Shown here one piece after another: positions 19,601 through 33,934 of a DNA stretch of 64,000 nucleotides. The position numbers were made by a program, and so were the translations under genes. The DNA is from Ignavibacteriota bacterium (GTDB lineage: Bacteria > Bacteroidota > Ignavibacteria > UBA10030 > SZUA-254): positions 169,558 through 233,557 of the forward strand of contig CAVSHI010000006.1 of the NCBI GenBank assembly GCA_963727845.1, given 5' to 3'. The notes under the pieces were generated by a model, which was not told the DNA's origin, did not search any database, and worked only from the letters and a program-made list of their open reading frames with translations. How positions within the stretch are numbered: the first letter of the stretch is position 1; each line of letters begins with the position of its first letter.

Positions 19601-20968
19601 TTACTCCATCCCAACGTCCTTACCCTCGCTGTCCCGCCCAAGTCCGTACTTCTTGATCTTCGTATAAAGATGGCTTCGTTCCATTTCGAGCGTCTCCGCC
19701 GTTTTTGAAACATTCCAGTTGTGCAATTCAAGTTGATGTTTAATGAACGCGGCCTCGGCGCGGTCCTTGAACTCCTGGAATGTTCTGCTCGACCCGACGA
19801 TGTCGTCGGTTTCGCTTTTGCGCGACAGCGCGGCGGTTTCCAGGTCCGGAACCTCGATGATGTTGCCGGGGGTCATGATCACGAGGCGCTCCACGATGTT
19901 CCGGAGTTCCCGCACGTTCCCGGTCCATTCCAAGCTCATGAGCATCTGAATCGCGCGGTCGGAGACTGTCTTGAGGGCGAAGCCGTTGCGGGCGCAGGTG
20001 TCATCGACAAAGGCTCGTACCAGGACCGGAATATCCTCGCGTCGCTCGCGGAGCGCAGGAACATGCACCGGAATCACATTGAGCCGGTGGTACAGGTCGT
20101 CCCGAAAATTCGCCTTTCTGATCTCCTCTTGCAAATTCTTGTTCGTCGCAGAAATAACTCTCACATCGACCGGTATCAATTTGTCTCCTCCGACCCGCTC
20201 GACTTTTCCTTCCTCAAGCGCGCGCAAAACCTTCGCCTGCGCTTGCAGGCTCATGTCCCCGACCTCGTCGAGGAATATCGTTCCCCCGTCTGCCTGTTCA
20301 AATTTACCGATGCGCTGGGCGGTGGCGCCGGTGAACGAACCTTTTTCGTGCCCAAACAATTCCGATTCGATGAGCTCATGGGGAATTGCAGCGCAATTGA
20401 CTTCCACGAGCGGCATCGAAGCCCGTTTGCTGGCCCTGTGGAGAGCTTTGGCTATAAGCTCCTTGCCGGTACCGCTCTCTCCCGTTATGAGCACGCGGGC
20501 GTCCGTGGGTCCGATACGCTGAATAATAGCGAGGATGTCCTTGATTACGGAACTCTCGCCAAGGATGCGTTCTTTCGCACTGATTTTATTGACTTCGGCG
20601 ACAAGTCCTTTTTGGCGGAGTGCGTTCCGTACGGTGATGAGGAGCTTTTCTCGGTCGAGCGGCTTGGACAGATAATCGAACGCGCCCAGCTTTGTCGCTT
20701 CGACGGCTGTATCGATCGTCCCGTGGCCTGAAATCATAATGACGGGAATTTCCGGATGTTTGTTCCTCATTTCCTTAAGAACCTCGATTCCGTCCATCCC
20801 CGGCATCTTGATGTCGAGCAGGATGGCATCGATGGGGCGCTCTCTGGCGACGGTGAGAGCTCGGTCTCCGTTTTCCGCGAAGGCAACCGAATACTTTTCG
20901 TATTCGAGAATCATCTTGATGGAGTCGCGGATACTCTTCTCATCGTCGGCAACAAGGATTGTGTGCAT
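19601..20968 (-). CDS. Sigma-54-dependent response regulator, NtrX/NtrC-like
   Basis: Receiver, AAA+ (GESGTGKE, GSFTGA, FLDEVG) and Fis HTH; TAATG overlap with the upstream gene. Confidence 0.92.
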   Translation of the reverse strand: MHTILVADDEKSIRDSIKMILEYEKYSVAFAENGDRALTVARERPIDAILLDIKMPGMDGIEVLKEMRNKHPEIPVIMISGHGTIDTAVEATKLGAFDYLSKPLDREKLLITVRNALRQKGLVAEVNKISAKERILGESSVIKDILAIIQRIGPTDARVLITGESGTGKELIAKALHRASKRASMPLVEVNCAAIPHELIESELFGHEKGSFTGATAQRIGKFEQADGGTIFLDEVGDMSLQAQAKVLRALEEGKVERVGGDKLIPVDVRVISATNKNLQEEIRKANFRDDLYHRLNVIPVHVPALRERREDIPVLVRAFVDDTCARNGFALKTVSDRAIQMLMSLEWTGNVRELRNIVERLVIMTPGNIIEVPDLETAALSRKSETDDIVGSSRTFQEFKDRAEAAFIKHQLELHNWNVSKTAETLEMERSHLYTKIKKYGLGRDSEGKDVGME

Positions 20969-21738
20969 TACCAGTCTCCTGTACAAAATGGCTCATCGGA
21001 CAGCGCCCGGCATTTGCCGGCTGTCGCTTTCTCGGTAACCTCAACTCTCAGGTATTCGGATGGGAGGTGATGATTATTCTCAAGCAGGGCCATGCCGAAT
21101 TTTTGTCCCTCGCGATTTGCCCTCATATCCCGTTCATCATTGACGCCGCCGACGATGAACAAGTCTTCACCTTCCTCGATAAACGTCCCGAATCGGTCTG
21201 CCGGCTTTCGCGATTCGCAGATGACCGCGAGAAATGCCGACCCGAAAAAATGTTGGAGTTTGTCCCGGTCGCCCGTAGCGTCGTGAGGCGTGTCCTCGTA
21301 CAAACGGGAGGGAAGGCTATTCACTCTTCGCGAAAAATCCTCCTTCGATTCATCCGAAAGCGGCAGCTGTATTTTTAACAATGGCACCTTAAATCCGATC
21401 AGGCGGTGGTCGAACGTTGCGAGCGAGGCAAGAAGGAGCGCCAGCGCAGTATTGTTGTTCGTGAGGCACATCGCGCGGACGTAGATTGCATCGACGCTTC
21501 TCAAGTCGCCAAACATTCCACGCAGTTTCTTGAAGGCTGTGCTCCTGATGAACGATTTCATCTCCATTCCGTGCTCGATAAACAACGGTGGGAAGTATTC
21601 GGTCAGGCAGCTGAAGGGGGATGATTCCTCGAATTGAAAATACGCCAGCAGGCTGTCCGGCTGACTCTGAACGGCAGACTGCGTGTGTGCCCGGTGAGTG
21701 GAAAACGTCAGGATCAGTATCGCAAGCACATTTCGCAT
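20968..21738 (-). CDS. Hypothetical exported protein with DKxxHF and DxxANxxG motifs
   Basis: Signal peptide; DKLQHFFGSAF and DMRANREG. Confidence 0.7.
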   Translation of the reverse strand: MRNVLAILILTFSTHRAHTQSAVQSQPDSLLAYFQFEESSPFSCLTEYFPPLFIEHGMEMKSFIRSTAFKKLRGMFGDLRSVDAIYVRAMCLTNNNTALALLLASLATFDHRLIGFKVPLLKIQLPLSDESKEDFSRRVNSLPSRLYEDTPHDATGDRDKLQHFFGSAFLAVICESRKPADRFGTFIEEGEDLFIVGGVNDERDMRANREGQKFGMALLENNHHLPSEYLRVEVTEKATAGKCRALSDEPFCTGDW

Positions 21739-21741
21739 CCG

Positions 21742-23400
21742 TTAGACTTGGATGACTCCCGGATTGAACCTCGCGAGGTTGGGATTATTGGCGGCGATTT
21801 CTATCCCGCGTGAAATGATCTGCCGGGTTTCCGCCGGGTCGATAATGCCATCGACCCACAGGCGTGCTGCGGCAAACAGCGGGTCGAGTTCGGTTTCGTA
21901 CCGGCCCGAAACTTCTCTCAAGAGCTTCTGTTGTTCCTCCTTTGGAATCTGCCGGGCTCCTTTGCCTGTCATTTGCTGGAGTTTGATGCTCAACAGCGTT
22001 TCGCTTGCCTGTTTCCCTCCCATGACGGCAATCTGGGCCGTCGGCCAGGCGAAGATCAATCGCGGGTCGTACGCTTTCCCGCACATCGCATAGTTTCCGG
22101 CTCCGTAACTGTTCCCGATGATAAACGTGAATTTCGGCACAACGCTGTTGGCCACTGCGTTCACCATTTTTGCGCCGTCTTTGATGATTCCACCCTGTTC
22201 TGCCCGTGTTCCAACCATGAATCCTGTGACATCCTGAAAGAAAACAAGAGGAATCGATTTTTGGTTGCAGTTCATGATAAACCGCGCCGCCTTGTCCGCG
22301 CTGTCGCTGTAGATCACGCCGCCGACCTGCATCTCGCCTTTCTTTGTCTTGACAACGGCCCGCTGGTTCGCGACGATGCCAACGGCCCAGCCGTCAACCC
22401 GCGCATATGCCGTCACCAGCGATTTGCCGTACCCGGCCTTGTATTCTTCAAATTCGTCGCCGTCAACAATGCATTCGAGGATTGGCAGGATGTTGTAGGG
22501 CTTCGTTCTATCGTCGGCCATCAGGCCGTAGATTTCACCGCGATCGAACCGGGGCTGTTTTGGGGCGACTCTGTCAAAAATGGCGTGGGGCGAATGCCCG
22601 AGCTTCTGGATCATCTTTCGGATCGCCGCCAGACAAGCTTCATCGTTGGGCATTTTGTAATCGGTGACTCCGCTGATTTCGGAATGCATTTCAGCGCCGC
22701 CGAGTTCTTCAATGTCGGCATCCTCGCCGATAGCAGCTTTCACGAGAAACGGGCCCGCGAGGAACACGTTCCCCGTTTTGTCGACGATGAGGGCTTCATC
22801 GCTCATAATCGGAAGGTACGCGCCGCCGGCGACGCACGGGCCCATGATCGCGGCGATCTGGGGAATTCCCATCGAGGACATGACGGCATTGTTGCGAAAG
22901 ATCCTGCCAAAATGTTCTTTGTCGGGAAAGATCTCGCTTTGCAGGGGGAGGAACACACCGGCCGAGTCAACGAGATAGACGATCGGCAATCGATTTTCCA
23001 TGGAGATTTCCTGCGCGCGGAGATTTTTTTTGCAGGTGATGGGAAACCATGCGCCCGCTTTCACCGTGGCATCGTTCGCGACGATCACGACATCCCGTCC
23101 GTGGATTTTGCCGATGCCGAATACGGTTCCCGATGAAGGCGCGCCGCCGAACTCTTCGTACATACCGTAGGCGGCAAACAACCCTATCTCCAGAAAATTG
23201 CTCCCGTGGTCGACAAGCTTTTCGATGCGCTCTCGTGCGGTCAACTTGCCTTTTTTGTGCTGCTTCTCCGCCGCCTCTTTTCCGCCGCCCGATTTCACCG
23301 CGTCGGCTTTTGCGTCGAGAATGCGCATGAGGTTCTTGAGATTGTCCTCGCACTTGTGGAAGGCAAGATTTTTCTCAAGTTTGGCGGCGGGAGGGGTCAT
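21742..23400 (-). CDS. Acyl-CoA carboxylase beta subunit (methylcrotonyl-CoA carboxylase-like)
   Basis: GKLTARERI, ANDATVKAGAW, CVAGGAY, GNSYGAGNYAMCG; start set at MTPPAAK. Confidence 0.92.
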   Translation of the reverse strand: MTPPAAKLEKNLAFHKCEDNLKNLMRILDAKADAVKSGGGKEAAEKQHKKGKLTARERIEKLVDHGSNFLEIGLFAAYGMYEEFGGAPSSGTVFGIGKIHGRDVVIVANDATVKAGAWFPITCKKNLRAQEISMENRLPIVYLVDSAGVFLPLQSEIFPDKEHFGRIFRNNAVMSSMGIPQIAAIMGPCVAGGAYLPIMSDEALIVDKTGNVFLAGPFLVKAAIGEDADIEELGGAEMHSEISGVTDYKMPNDEACLAAIRKMIQKLGHSPHAIFDRVAPKQPRFDRGEIYGLMADDRTKPYNILPILECIVDGDEFEEYKAGYGKSLVTAYARVDGWAVGIVANQRAVVKTKKGEMQVGGVIYSDSADKAARFIMNCNQKSIPLVFFQDVTGFMVGTRAEQGGIIKDGAKMVNAVANSVVPKFTFIIGNSYGAGNYAMCGKAYDPRLIFAWPTAQIAVMGGKQASETLLSIKLQQMTGKGARQIPKEEQQKLLREVSGRYETELDPLFAAARLWVDGIIDPAETRQIISRGIEIAANNPNLARFNPGVIQV

Positions 23401-23435
23401 TACGGGTGATAGGTAATAGGTTATAGGTAATAGAG

Positions 23436-24581
23436 CTATCGCAAATCGAGGAGGTCGCGCGCGATGACGATCTTCTGGATCTCGGATGTCCCTTCGCCAA
23501 TCGTCACGAGCTTGACGTCCCGGTAGAATTTCTCGACCGGAAAATCCTTGATAAAACCGTACCCACCATGGATTTGTACCGCTTCCCCCGTGGCCTGGGC
23601 GGCGATTTCGCTTGCGTAGTACTTGGCCATCGCGGATTCCATTGAAACGTCGCCCCCGGTGTCTTTCTTGAATGCGGCACGATAGGTGAGGAGACGAGCG
23701 GCCTCGATTTGCGTCGCCATTTCCGACAGCTTCCATTGGATCGCCTGGAATTCACCGATAGTCTTTCCAAACTGCCGCCGTTCCCTGGCGTATTTCACGC
23801 TGGCGTCGAGAGCCCCCTGCGCTATGCCGAGCGAAAGGGATGCAATGCTGATCCGGCCGCCGTCAAGTATGTTCAGAGCCTGGATAAACCCCATCCCTTC
23901 CTCTCCCAGGAGATTCTCTTTCGGGACGCGGCAATTGTCGAAGGCGAGCGCGGAGGTATCGCAACATCGCATGCCGAGCTTGTTTTCTTTCTTGCTGACA
24001 ATGAAACCAGGAGAACCATTCTCCACGATGAAGGCGGAGATTCCTTTCTTTCCCTTCGTCTTATCGGTGATTGCCATGACGATGGTAACGCTCCCCACCG
24101 AGCCGTGGGTGATAAAATTCTTGCTGCCGTTGAGGATGTAGTGATTTCCGTCTTTCGTCGCAGTCGTTCTCATGGCGCCCGAATCGCTGCCGGAGGTTGG
24201 CTCTGTCAGCGCCCAGGCGCCGATTTTTCGCCCCGCAGCCAAGTCGGGAAGGTACTTGCGCTTTTGCTCTTCGTTTCCGTGGGAGTAGAGGTGATTCGAA
24301 CACAAGCTGTTGTGGGCGGCGATGCTGAGTCCGATGGAAGGATCGACTTTTGAGATCTCTTCGATGATCGTGACGTATTCGCGGTACCCGAAGCCCGCCC
24401 CGCCGTACTCCGGCGGGAAAATGACCCCCATGAATCCAAGCTCACCGAGTTTTTTGATAATATCGGATGGAAACTCCTGAGATTCATCGTACTTCATCAC
24501 GACGGGTTTGATTTCCTTTTCTGCGAAGCCGCGCGCCACGTCGCGGACCATCTTCATGTTTTCTGTGAATTCAAAATCCAT
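23436..24581 (-). CDS. Acyl-CoA dehydrogenase
   Basis: WALTEPTSGSD, LNGSKNFIT, ERRQFGK, QIHGGYG, IGEGTSEIQ. Confidence 0.93.
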   Translation of the reverse strand: MDFEFTENMKMVRDVARGFAEKEIKPVVMKYDESQEFPSDIIKKLGELGFMGVIFPPEYGGAGFGYREYVTIIEEISKVDPSIGLSIAAHNSLCSNHLYSHGNEEQKRKYLPDLAAGRKIGAWALTEPTSGSDSGAMRTTATKDGNHYILNGSKNFITHGSVGSVTIVMAITDKTKGKKGISAFIVENGSPGFIVSKKENKLGMRCCDTSALAFDNCRVPKENLLGEEGMGFIQALNILDGGRISIASLSLGIAQGALDASVKYARERRQFGKTIGEFQAIQWKLSEMATQIEAARLLTYRAAFKKDTGGDVSMESAMAKYYASEIAAQATGEAVQIHGGYGFIKDFPVEKFYRDVKLVTIGEGTSEIQKIVIARDLLDLR

Positions 24582-24764
24582 GCGTGTTTCTTCTATCGTT
24601 GATTTTTCCGCTCCGCGGTGTAATTGAATAACTCAGATAATGTAGTACGATTTCGAACGAATTGCAAGAACTCCGGATGGGGTTTCAAACGACTTATGAA
24701 TTAAGCCGTAGAGTGCACAAAGGACACTCGTTCTTCAATCGTTGACTTTTTGCGTTAATGGTCC

Positions 24765-25739
24765 TCAGGCTGAGCCACTATCAAGACCCGAATTTTCGAG
24801 CAGTTGATTGACGAGGTCGTAGGGAGACACTTTCAGCGACACGACGCTATCCATATTCGAAGCAAGAAATCTCTCACGCTCCTCATTCCAGAACACCGTC
24901 CGGAGACGCTCTCCGACCAACTCATGGATGCGCTCCACCACCCGTTGCCTGCGTTTGGCCGTCAGGAGATCGTTCGCGGTGAGGAATTCCCGATGTCGCG
25001 CGATCAAGTCTGCGACCCGGTCGACCCCTTTTCCTTCCTGGGCGATGGTCTGGATGACGTTGGGGGTCCATCCGGGGGATTGTGGCCTGAAATTCAATAC
25101 CATTCTGATTGACATGACTGCCTGCTCTGCCCCGGCCCGATCCGCTTTGTTCACGACAAAAAAGTCGGCGATTTCCATCAATCCTGCTTTCATTGCCTGT
25201 ATGGAATCGCCCGATTCGGGAACGAGCACCACGACGGTTGTATCCGCAGCGCGAACGATATCGAGCTCGGATTGACCGACGCCGACTGTTTCCATGAGAA
25301 TGATGTCGCAACCCGAAGCGTCCAGTACGTCGGCAGCCTCTTTTGCCTTTCTGCTCAATCCGCCGAGGCTTCCGCGTGAAGCCATGCTGCGGATGAATGC
25401 TCCCTCGTCGAGCTCAACATCCGTCATCCGTACACGGTCGCCGAGAAGCGCTCCTCCCGTGAAGGGACTCGTGGGGTCGACGGCGAGTATTCCCAAACGG
25501 AGCGATTGGGTGCGATACAGCTTGGCAAGTTTGTTTGTTAATGTGCTCTTGCCCGCTCCGGGAGGTCCTGTAATCCCGATGCGATATGCTTTTCCCGTAA
25601 AGGGGTAGATTCTCTTGAGGAGGTCGGTTGCATCTGCATGTTCGTTCTCGACGATCGTAATTGCTCTTGCGATCGTGGTCCGATCGCCTTTAACCAGCCG
25701 GTCAATGAATTTCTGGTCGATGGACATCGAAGGAGTCAT
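24765..25739 (-). CDS. meaB: Methylmalonyl-CoA mutase-associated GTPase MeaB
   Basis: GITGPPGAGKST, VDPTSPFTGGALLGDRVRM, ETVGVGQSE, NKAD. Confidence 0.92.
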   Translation of the reverse strand: MTPSMSIDQKFIDRLVKGDRTTIARAITIVENEHADATDLLKRIYPFTGKAYRIGITGPPGAGKSTLTNKLAKLYRTQSLRLGILAVDPTSPFTGGALLGDRVRMTDVELDEGAFIRSMASRGSLGGLSRKAKEAADVLDASGCDIILMETVGVGQSELDIVRAADTTVVVLVPESGDSIQAMKAGLMEIADFFVVNKADRAGAEQAVMSIRMVLNFRPQSPGWTPNVIQTIAQEGKGVDRVADLIARHREFLTANDLLTAKRRQRVVERIHELVGERLRTVFWNEERERFLASNMDSVVSLKVSPYDLVNQLLENSGLDSGSA

Positions 25740-26656
25740 CGACGATTCTTGAAAAAATCCACGGTCTGCTTCAATCCGTCGTGCAGTACGACCTGGGGCG
25801 ACCAGCCGCACGATTCGCGGATTTTTCCGGAAGTGAGGACGCTGCGGCGCTGCTCGCCTTTCTTGGCCGGGCCGTGCGTCTGTTTGCAGTGCGATCCAGT
25901 CAGAGTTTGTAGTGCTTGGAACAGCTCATTCACGTCCGTTTCAATCGAGGTCCCGATGTTAAAGGTATCCGATGGCCGATGCTCGAGTGCGAGCACGTTC
26001 GCCCTGACGACATCCTTGACGAAAACGTAATCTCTCGTCTGTTTCCCGTCGCCGTTGATCACCGGTTGTTCGCCCTTCAGCATCCTTGTCGAAAAGATGG
26101 CGACGACTCCGGCTTCGCCATGGGGGTTCTGGCGCGGGCCGTACACATTCGCGTACCGGAGAATGACGTAGTGCAGTCCGTGAACCTGCTGATAGTAGAA
26201 GAGATATTTTTCCATCGCGAGTTTGGTTATGCCGTACGGTGACAAGGGACGTGCCGGGTGTTCTTCGTCGGCCGGAAAGGAATCCTGCTCACCATAGATT
26301 GCACCGCCCGTTGAGGCAAAAATGAATTTTCCCACGCCGGACGACCTGCAATTCTCCAGCAGATTGAGCGATCCTAGGACGTTCACTGAAGCGTCGAAGA
26401 TGGGGTCCTCGACCGATTTCCGCACGTCCATTTGTGCAGCATGATGATTTACGATGTCGAAGCCTTCGGCGTGGAAAATATCCCTGATGTCCCCGTCCCG
26501 GATGTCGGCCTGAATGAATTTCGCACGCCGGTTCAGGTATTCCTTCTGGCCCGTCGATAGATTGTCAATGACGACGACGCTGTGCCCCGCATCGATGTAC
26601 GCGTCGACAATGTGCGATCCGATAAACCCTGCGCCTCCAGTGACGAGAATTTTCAT
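25736..26656 (-). CDS. NAD-dependent epimerase/dehydratase (UDP-glucose 4-epimerase-like)
   Basis: GGAGFIG, YGITK, RYANVYGPRQ. Confidence 0.9.
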   Translation of the reverse strand: MKILVTGGAGFIGSHIVDAYIDAGHSVVVIDNLSTGQKEYLNRRAKFIQADIRDGDIRDIFHAEGFDIVNHHAAQMDVRKSVEDPIFDASVNVLGSLNLLENCRSSGVGKFIFASTGGAIYGEQDSFPADEEHPARPLSPYGITKLAMEKYLFYYQQVHGLHYVILRYANVYGPRQNPHGEAGVVAIFSTRMLKGEQPVINGDGKQTRDYVFVKDVVRANVLALEHRPSDTFNIGTSIETDVNELFQALQTLTGSHCKQTHGPAKKGEQRRSVLTSGKIRESCGWSPQVVLHDGLKQTVDFFKNRR

Positions 26657-27966
26657 GCGACTCCTGTTTGTTGTAACTGCTTCAACCTCTGGACTCCTTT
26701 TTTGCCGATGTCGCTCCGGTAGTAGGCGCCGTCAAAAGTGATTTTCCCGACCGCCTGATACGCCTTCTCAATCGTTTCTTCGAGATTATTGCCCGGACCG
26801 ATCGCCGTAACATTCAGGACCCGTCCGCCGGCGGTCACCATCCCTTTCTTTTCCCTCTTCGTCCCGGCGTGAAACACGACAACATCCGGGTTTGCCGCCG
26901 CCGCGTCGAGTCCGAATATCTTTTTCCCCGATTCATACGCGTCGGGGTACCCGCCGGAGGCGATCACGACGCACACGGCATTCTGTTGTTTCCAGAGAAC
27001 CTTTGTCGTTGTAAGTTTGCCCGATGATATTTGCATCATGATCTCGACCAGGTCAGTCTCGAGCAACGGGAGGACAACCTGCGTTTCGGGATCCCCGAAG
27101 CGGCAATTGAACTCCAGTACTTTTGGGCCGTTCTCCGTCATCATCATTCCTGCATACAGGCAGCCCTTGTAAGGGCGATTCTCTTTAGCCATTCCGCGCA
27201 GTGTCGGACGGATGACGGTCCGCCTGATCTTTTCTATCATTTCTTCGTTCGCGAGCGGGGCGGGAGCGTATGCGCCCATGCCGCCGGTATTCCTGCCCCG
27301 GTCGTCATCGAAAATGCGTTTATGGTCCTGCGCCGGGGCGAGCATGATGGATTCTTTTCCGTCGGTCAATGCGAGAAAGGAAGCCTCCTCGCCGGTCAGG
27401 TACTCTTCAACAACGACCTTCGAGCCCGCCTCGCCGAAGACTTTCTGACTCATCATCGCGTCGAGCGCCTGGAGAGCCTGTTCTTTTGTCTCACAGATTG
27501 AAACGCCCTTGCCGGCCGCGGGGCCGTCGGCCTTGACGACGACCGGATAAGCGACGTTGAGGAGATACTGTTTCGCCTGAGCATACTCCGACTGGTCGAA
27601 GGCCGAATAATCCGCTGTCGGGATTTTGTATTTCTTCAAGAACTGTTTTGCGAACAGTTTGCTTCCCTCTAGTACCGCCGCCGATTTTCGCGGTCCGAAA
27701 ATCCGTAAGCCGCGCGCTTCGAATGCATCCACGATTCCATCAATCAGCGGTTGCTCGGGTCCGACCACTGTCAGGTCGATCGCTGCGGCTTGCGCGAACT
27801 TCGCCAATCCCTCGATGTCAGTTGTTTTCAGCGGGACGAGTTCCGAGATCTCACCTATGCCGCCGTTGCCCGGTGCGCAAAAGATTCTTGATGTATGAGG
27901 GCTTTGCCGGAGTTTCCACACAAGCGCGTGTTCCCGTCCGCCGGATCCGATGACCAGAATGTTCAT
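26653..27966 (-). CDS. purD: Phosphoribosylamine--glycine ligase
   Basis: GSGGREHAL, VVGPEQPL, QDHKR, NTGGMGAY, EFNCRFGDPE. Confidence 0.97.
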   Translation of the reverse strand: MNILVIGSGGREHALVWKLRQSPHTSRIFCAPGNGGIGEISELVPLKTTDIEGLAKFAQAAAIDLTVVGPEQPLIDGIVDAFEARGLRIFGPRKSAAVLEGSKLFAKQFLKKYKIPTADYSAFDQSEYAQAKQYLLNVAYPVVVKADGPAAGKGVSICETKEQALQALDAMMSQKVFGEAGSKVVVEEYLTGEEASFLALTDGKESIMLAPAQDHKRIFDDDRGRNTGGMGAYAPAPLANEEMIEKIRRTVIRPTLRGMAKENRPYKGCLYAGMMMTENGPKVLEFNCRFGDPETQVVLPLLETDLVEIMMQISSGKLTTTKVLWKQQNAVCVVIASGGYPDAYESGKKIFGLDAAAANPDVVVFHAGTKREKKGMVTAGGRVLNVTAIGPGNNLEETIEKAYQAVGKITFDGAYYRSDIGKKGVQRLKQLQQTGVA

Positions 27967-28113
27967 ATACCTTGTGTGGTAACAACGAAATGCTTTTGTG
28001 AACCTGTGATCCCCATTTTACTGAACAAAAACATTGAGTGAGGCTTTATTTAACCGCAATAGTTCCAACGTCATTCTTACGACTGTTATGCGCCGTTATA
28101 GCTTCTCGGTGAC

Positions 28114-28872
28114 TCATTTAATGAACTTGAGGGTCGAGACAATCTTGAAAAATAGTGCTTCTGAAATATTGTAAGCGGGATCACCGTTATCCGATGGGCC
28201 TTCGTAACACTTGGCGACCAACGAGCATGAGCTGGATCGTTTGTTCAGGAGGAATACCTGTTGGAACGAGCCAAGGCCAGCGTAGGATTCATCCTTGTAT
28301 GAACGAGTGTCTCCTGAACCTCTGAGCCCCGTCCATTGATAGCCGTCGAGGACTGACGCTTCATACATTGGAGATTCCCCGCGCGCCAACCAGCGAGAAG
28401 AATCCCTTTCATCCTGCAAAAAGGATTCTCCATTCGCAATCTCGACGAATGATGCGGAGCTGAGATAGAGTGAAATAATTTCAGTTGGATAATGATTGTC
28501 TTCCGATGTGTCGGCGTCGAGAGTGAGGGATTTCGAATTACACAACTTGTTATCGCTTCCTTCCGGTGGTCTCGTCCTTAGTTTCAACTCAGGAGGATAG
28601 CGAAATTCGATACCCAAACCGGTATCAATCTCTACGGACCAAGACTCTATGTCATCGGTCACAGACCCTCCTCCGTATTGTAGATAAGGTGAATTGTCCT
28701 CATAGTATTTGAACTGAAAACCAAGGATGGTGTCTTGAAAGATTTCGGACGTATTGTCCACCTCTCCATTAGACTGAGCTTTCAAGGTACACACCGCGCA
28801 AGCAGCGAGTGCCCATACTAGCAATATCATCCTATGCTTACTCATTCGATTTCCCTTCACTCTCAGAGCCAT
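28114..28872 (-). CDS. Hypothetical exported acidic protein, AT-richer than its neighbours (start may be 28845 or 28830)
   Basis: Signal-like MILLVWALAACAVCTLKA-Q; no recognisable family. Confidence 0.6.
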   Translation of the reverse strand: MALRVKGNRMSKHRMILLVWALAACAVCTLKAQSNGEVDNTSEIFQDTILGFQFKYYEDNSPYLQYGGGSVTDDIESWSVEIDTGLGIEFRYPPELKLRTRPPEGSDNKLCNSKSLTLDADTSEDNHYPTEIISLYLSSASFVEIANGESFLQDERDSSRWLARGESPMYEASVLDGYQWTGLRGSGDTRSYKDESYAGLGSFQQVFLLNKRSSSCSLVAKCYEGPSDNGDPAYNISEALFFKIVSTLKFIK

Positions 28873-28890
28873 AATGGCACATACCGGATC

Positions 28891-30177
28891 TCAATCCACA
28901 AGGAATCGGAGGATCTTAGCCAGCTCGCCGGTCAATTTCACACGGTCGTATTTTTGAACGACATCTTCCCTGGGTTTGGGGAGCCGGTTCTGTTCGAACA
29001 ATCTGTACATGTTAACGATTCCGGAAGCGATGCCCGCGACATCCGTCGGATCGGTGATCGTCGATGCATCCGTTTCGCGGAGCGTATCGCGAATGAAGCC
29101 GTCCGGAACGCACGCCAGCACCGGTTTCCTCGCCCCGATGTATTCGTACACCTTACCCGGTGACTGGCTATCGTTGTCGAGAATCACCCATAACACATCG
29201 GACGATACAAGATACTGAACACAATGTCTGTGATCAAGATAGCCGGTGGTCGTGACGTTGCCTTCCAACCCCATGGATCTGATCATTTTCAGGAACTTGT
29301 CGTGAAAATGTCCAACGAAGCACGCTTCGATACGACCCTTGATCTCCGGGTAGTCGGTGAAAACCTTCTTCAAGGCCTCGAGGAAATACCTGGGGGAGCG
29401 GTCTCCGTAAAAAACTCCCGCGTGGGTGATGCGCATTTTGTGTGTCCGGGCGACCGCCGGAGAGTTTACTTCGGAAAAATCCTGCGGGTCGTAGCCCTGG
29501 GGGAGGATGATCACATCATCGTACGACAGAAACTTAAAGCGGCGGAGCAGCAGCTCCTTGACCCGCCGGTTTGTCGTGATGATTTTTGACGAGGCATGGA
29601 GCACTTTCTTTTCCAACTTGTAGTTCCACAGTCTATGGAGCGGCGTGGGATAGTACTTGAACGGATTTTCATGCCATGCGTCGCGATAATCGAGCACGAG
29701 CGGTTTACCGAGTCTTTGCTTCAGCTCGGCGCCGATAAGGAAGTCCGTGTAGGGGGGAGCCGTGGCGAAAATTGCATCGATCGGTTTTTCCTGGGACATC
29801 CTGACCACGGCCTCCACGGCCTTTCGCTTCCATCCGATCTTATTGTCCGGGATAAATAATGTGTCACTCAGAAAAGCAAGGAGCTTGCGCCATGGCTCGG
29901 ACGGCATTTTCACTACTCCTTTTTTCCTGAAGAGTCGATTAGGGTCGAGCGAGCCGACGCGGACAAGATCGATGTGCAGATGGTGGAGCTCATCCAGGAG
30001 CGTGTAGTCCTGTGCATAGTATCCCGTCGGCGTCACAGTGAGAACGATCGGTTGCCAGCCGAATTGTGGAAGATACTTGACGAACTTCAGCGTTCGCTGG
30101 ACACCGCTGAGTCCCAGCGGGGGGAAGTAATAGGCGATGACGAGAACCGTTCGAGTGTACGAGCCCGGGGCGCTCAT
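28891..30177 (-). CDS. Glycosyltransferase family 4
   Basis: AYYFPPLGLSGVQRTLKFVKYL, DYRDAW, PGKVYEYIGA. Confidence 0.9.
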   Translation of the reverse strand: MSAPGSYTRTVLVIAYYFPPLGLSGVQRTLKFVKYLPQFGWQPIVLTVTPTGYYAQDYTLLDELHHLHIDLVRVGSLDPNRLFRKKGVVKMPSEPWRKLLAFLSDTLFIPDNKIGWKRKAVEAVVRMSQEKPIDAIFATAPPYTDFLIGAELKQRLGKPLVLDYRDAWHENPFKYYPTPLHRLWNYKLEKKVLHASSKIITTNRRVKELLLRRFKFLSYDDVIILPQGYDPQDFSEVNSPAVARTHKMRITHAGVFYGDRSPRYFLEALKKVFTDYPEIKGRIEACFVGHFHDKFLKMIRSMGLEGNVTTTGYLDHRHCVQYLVSSDVLWVILDNDSQSPGKVYEYIGARKPVLACVPDGFIRDTLRETDASTITDPTDVAGIASGIVNMYRLFEQNRLPKPREDVVQKYDRVKLTGELAKILRFLVD

Positions 30178-30186
30178 TCGCACAGT

Positions 30187-33934
<3,748 letters not shown>

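Noticed and set aside
23401-23736. N-terminal extensions in the ORF track (also 46612-46761, 31276-31401, 8862-8963, 40306-40392)
   Set aside because: They run through repeats, intergenic DNA or overlapping genes; downstream ATGs match family starts and stop/start coupling
28040-28100. attC-like GCATAAC...GTTAAAT downstream of the orphan gene
   Set aside because: Too short, no convincing internal L-box symmetry, single copy, and no integrase
27967-28113. Riboswitches upstream of purD, guaB, lat or the CBS gene
   Set aside because: No purine, ZMP, lysine or SAM consensus recognised by eye; an Rfam/Infernal scan would be needed to exclude them fully
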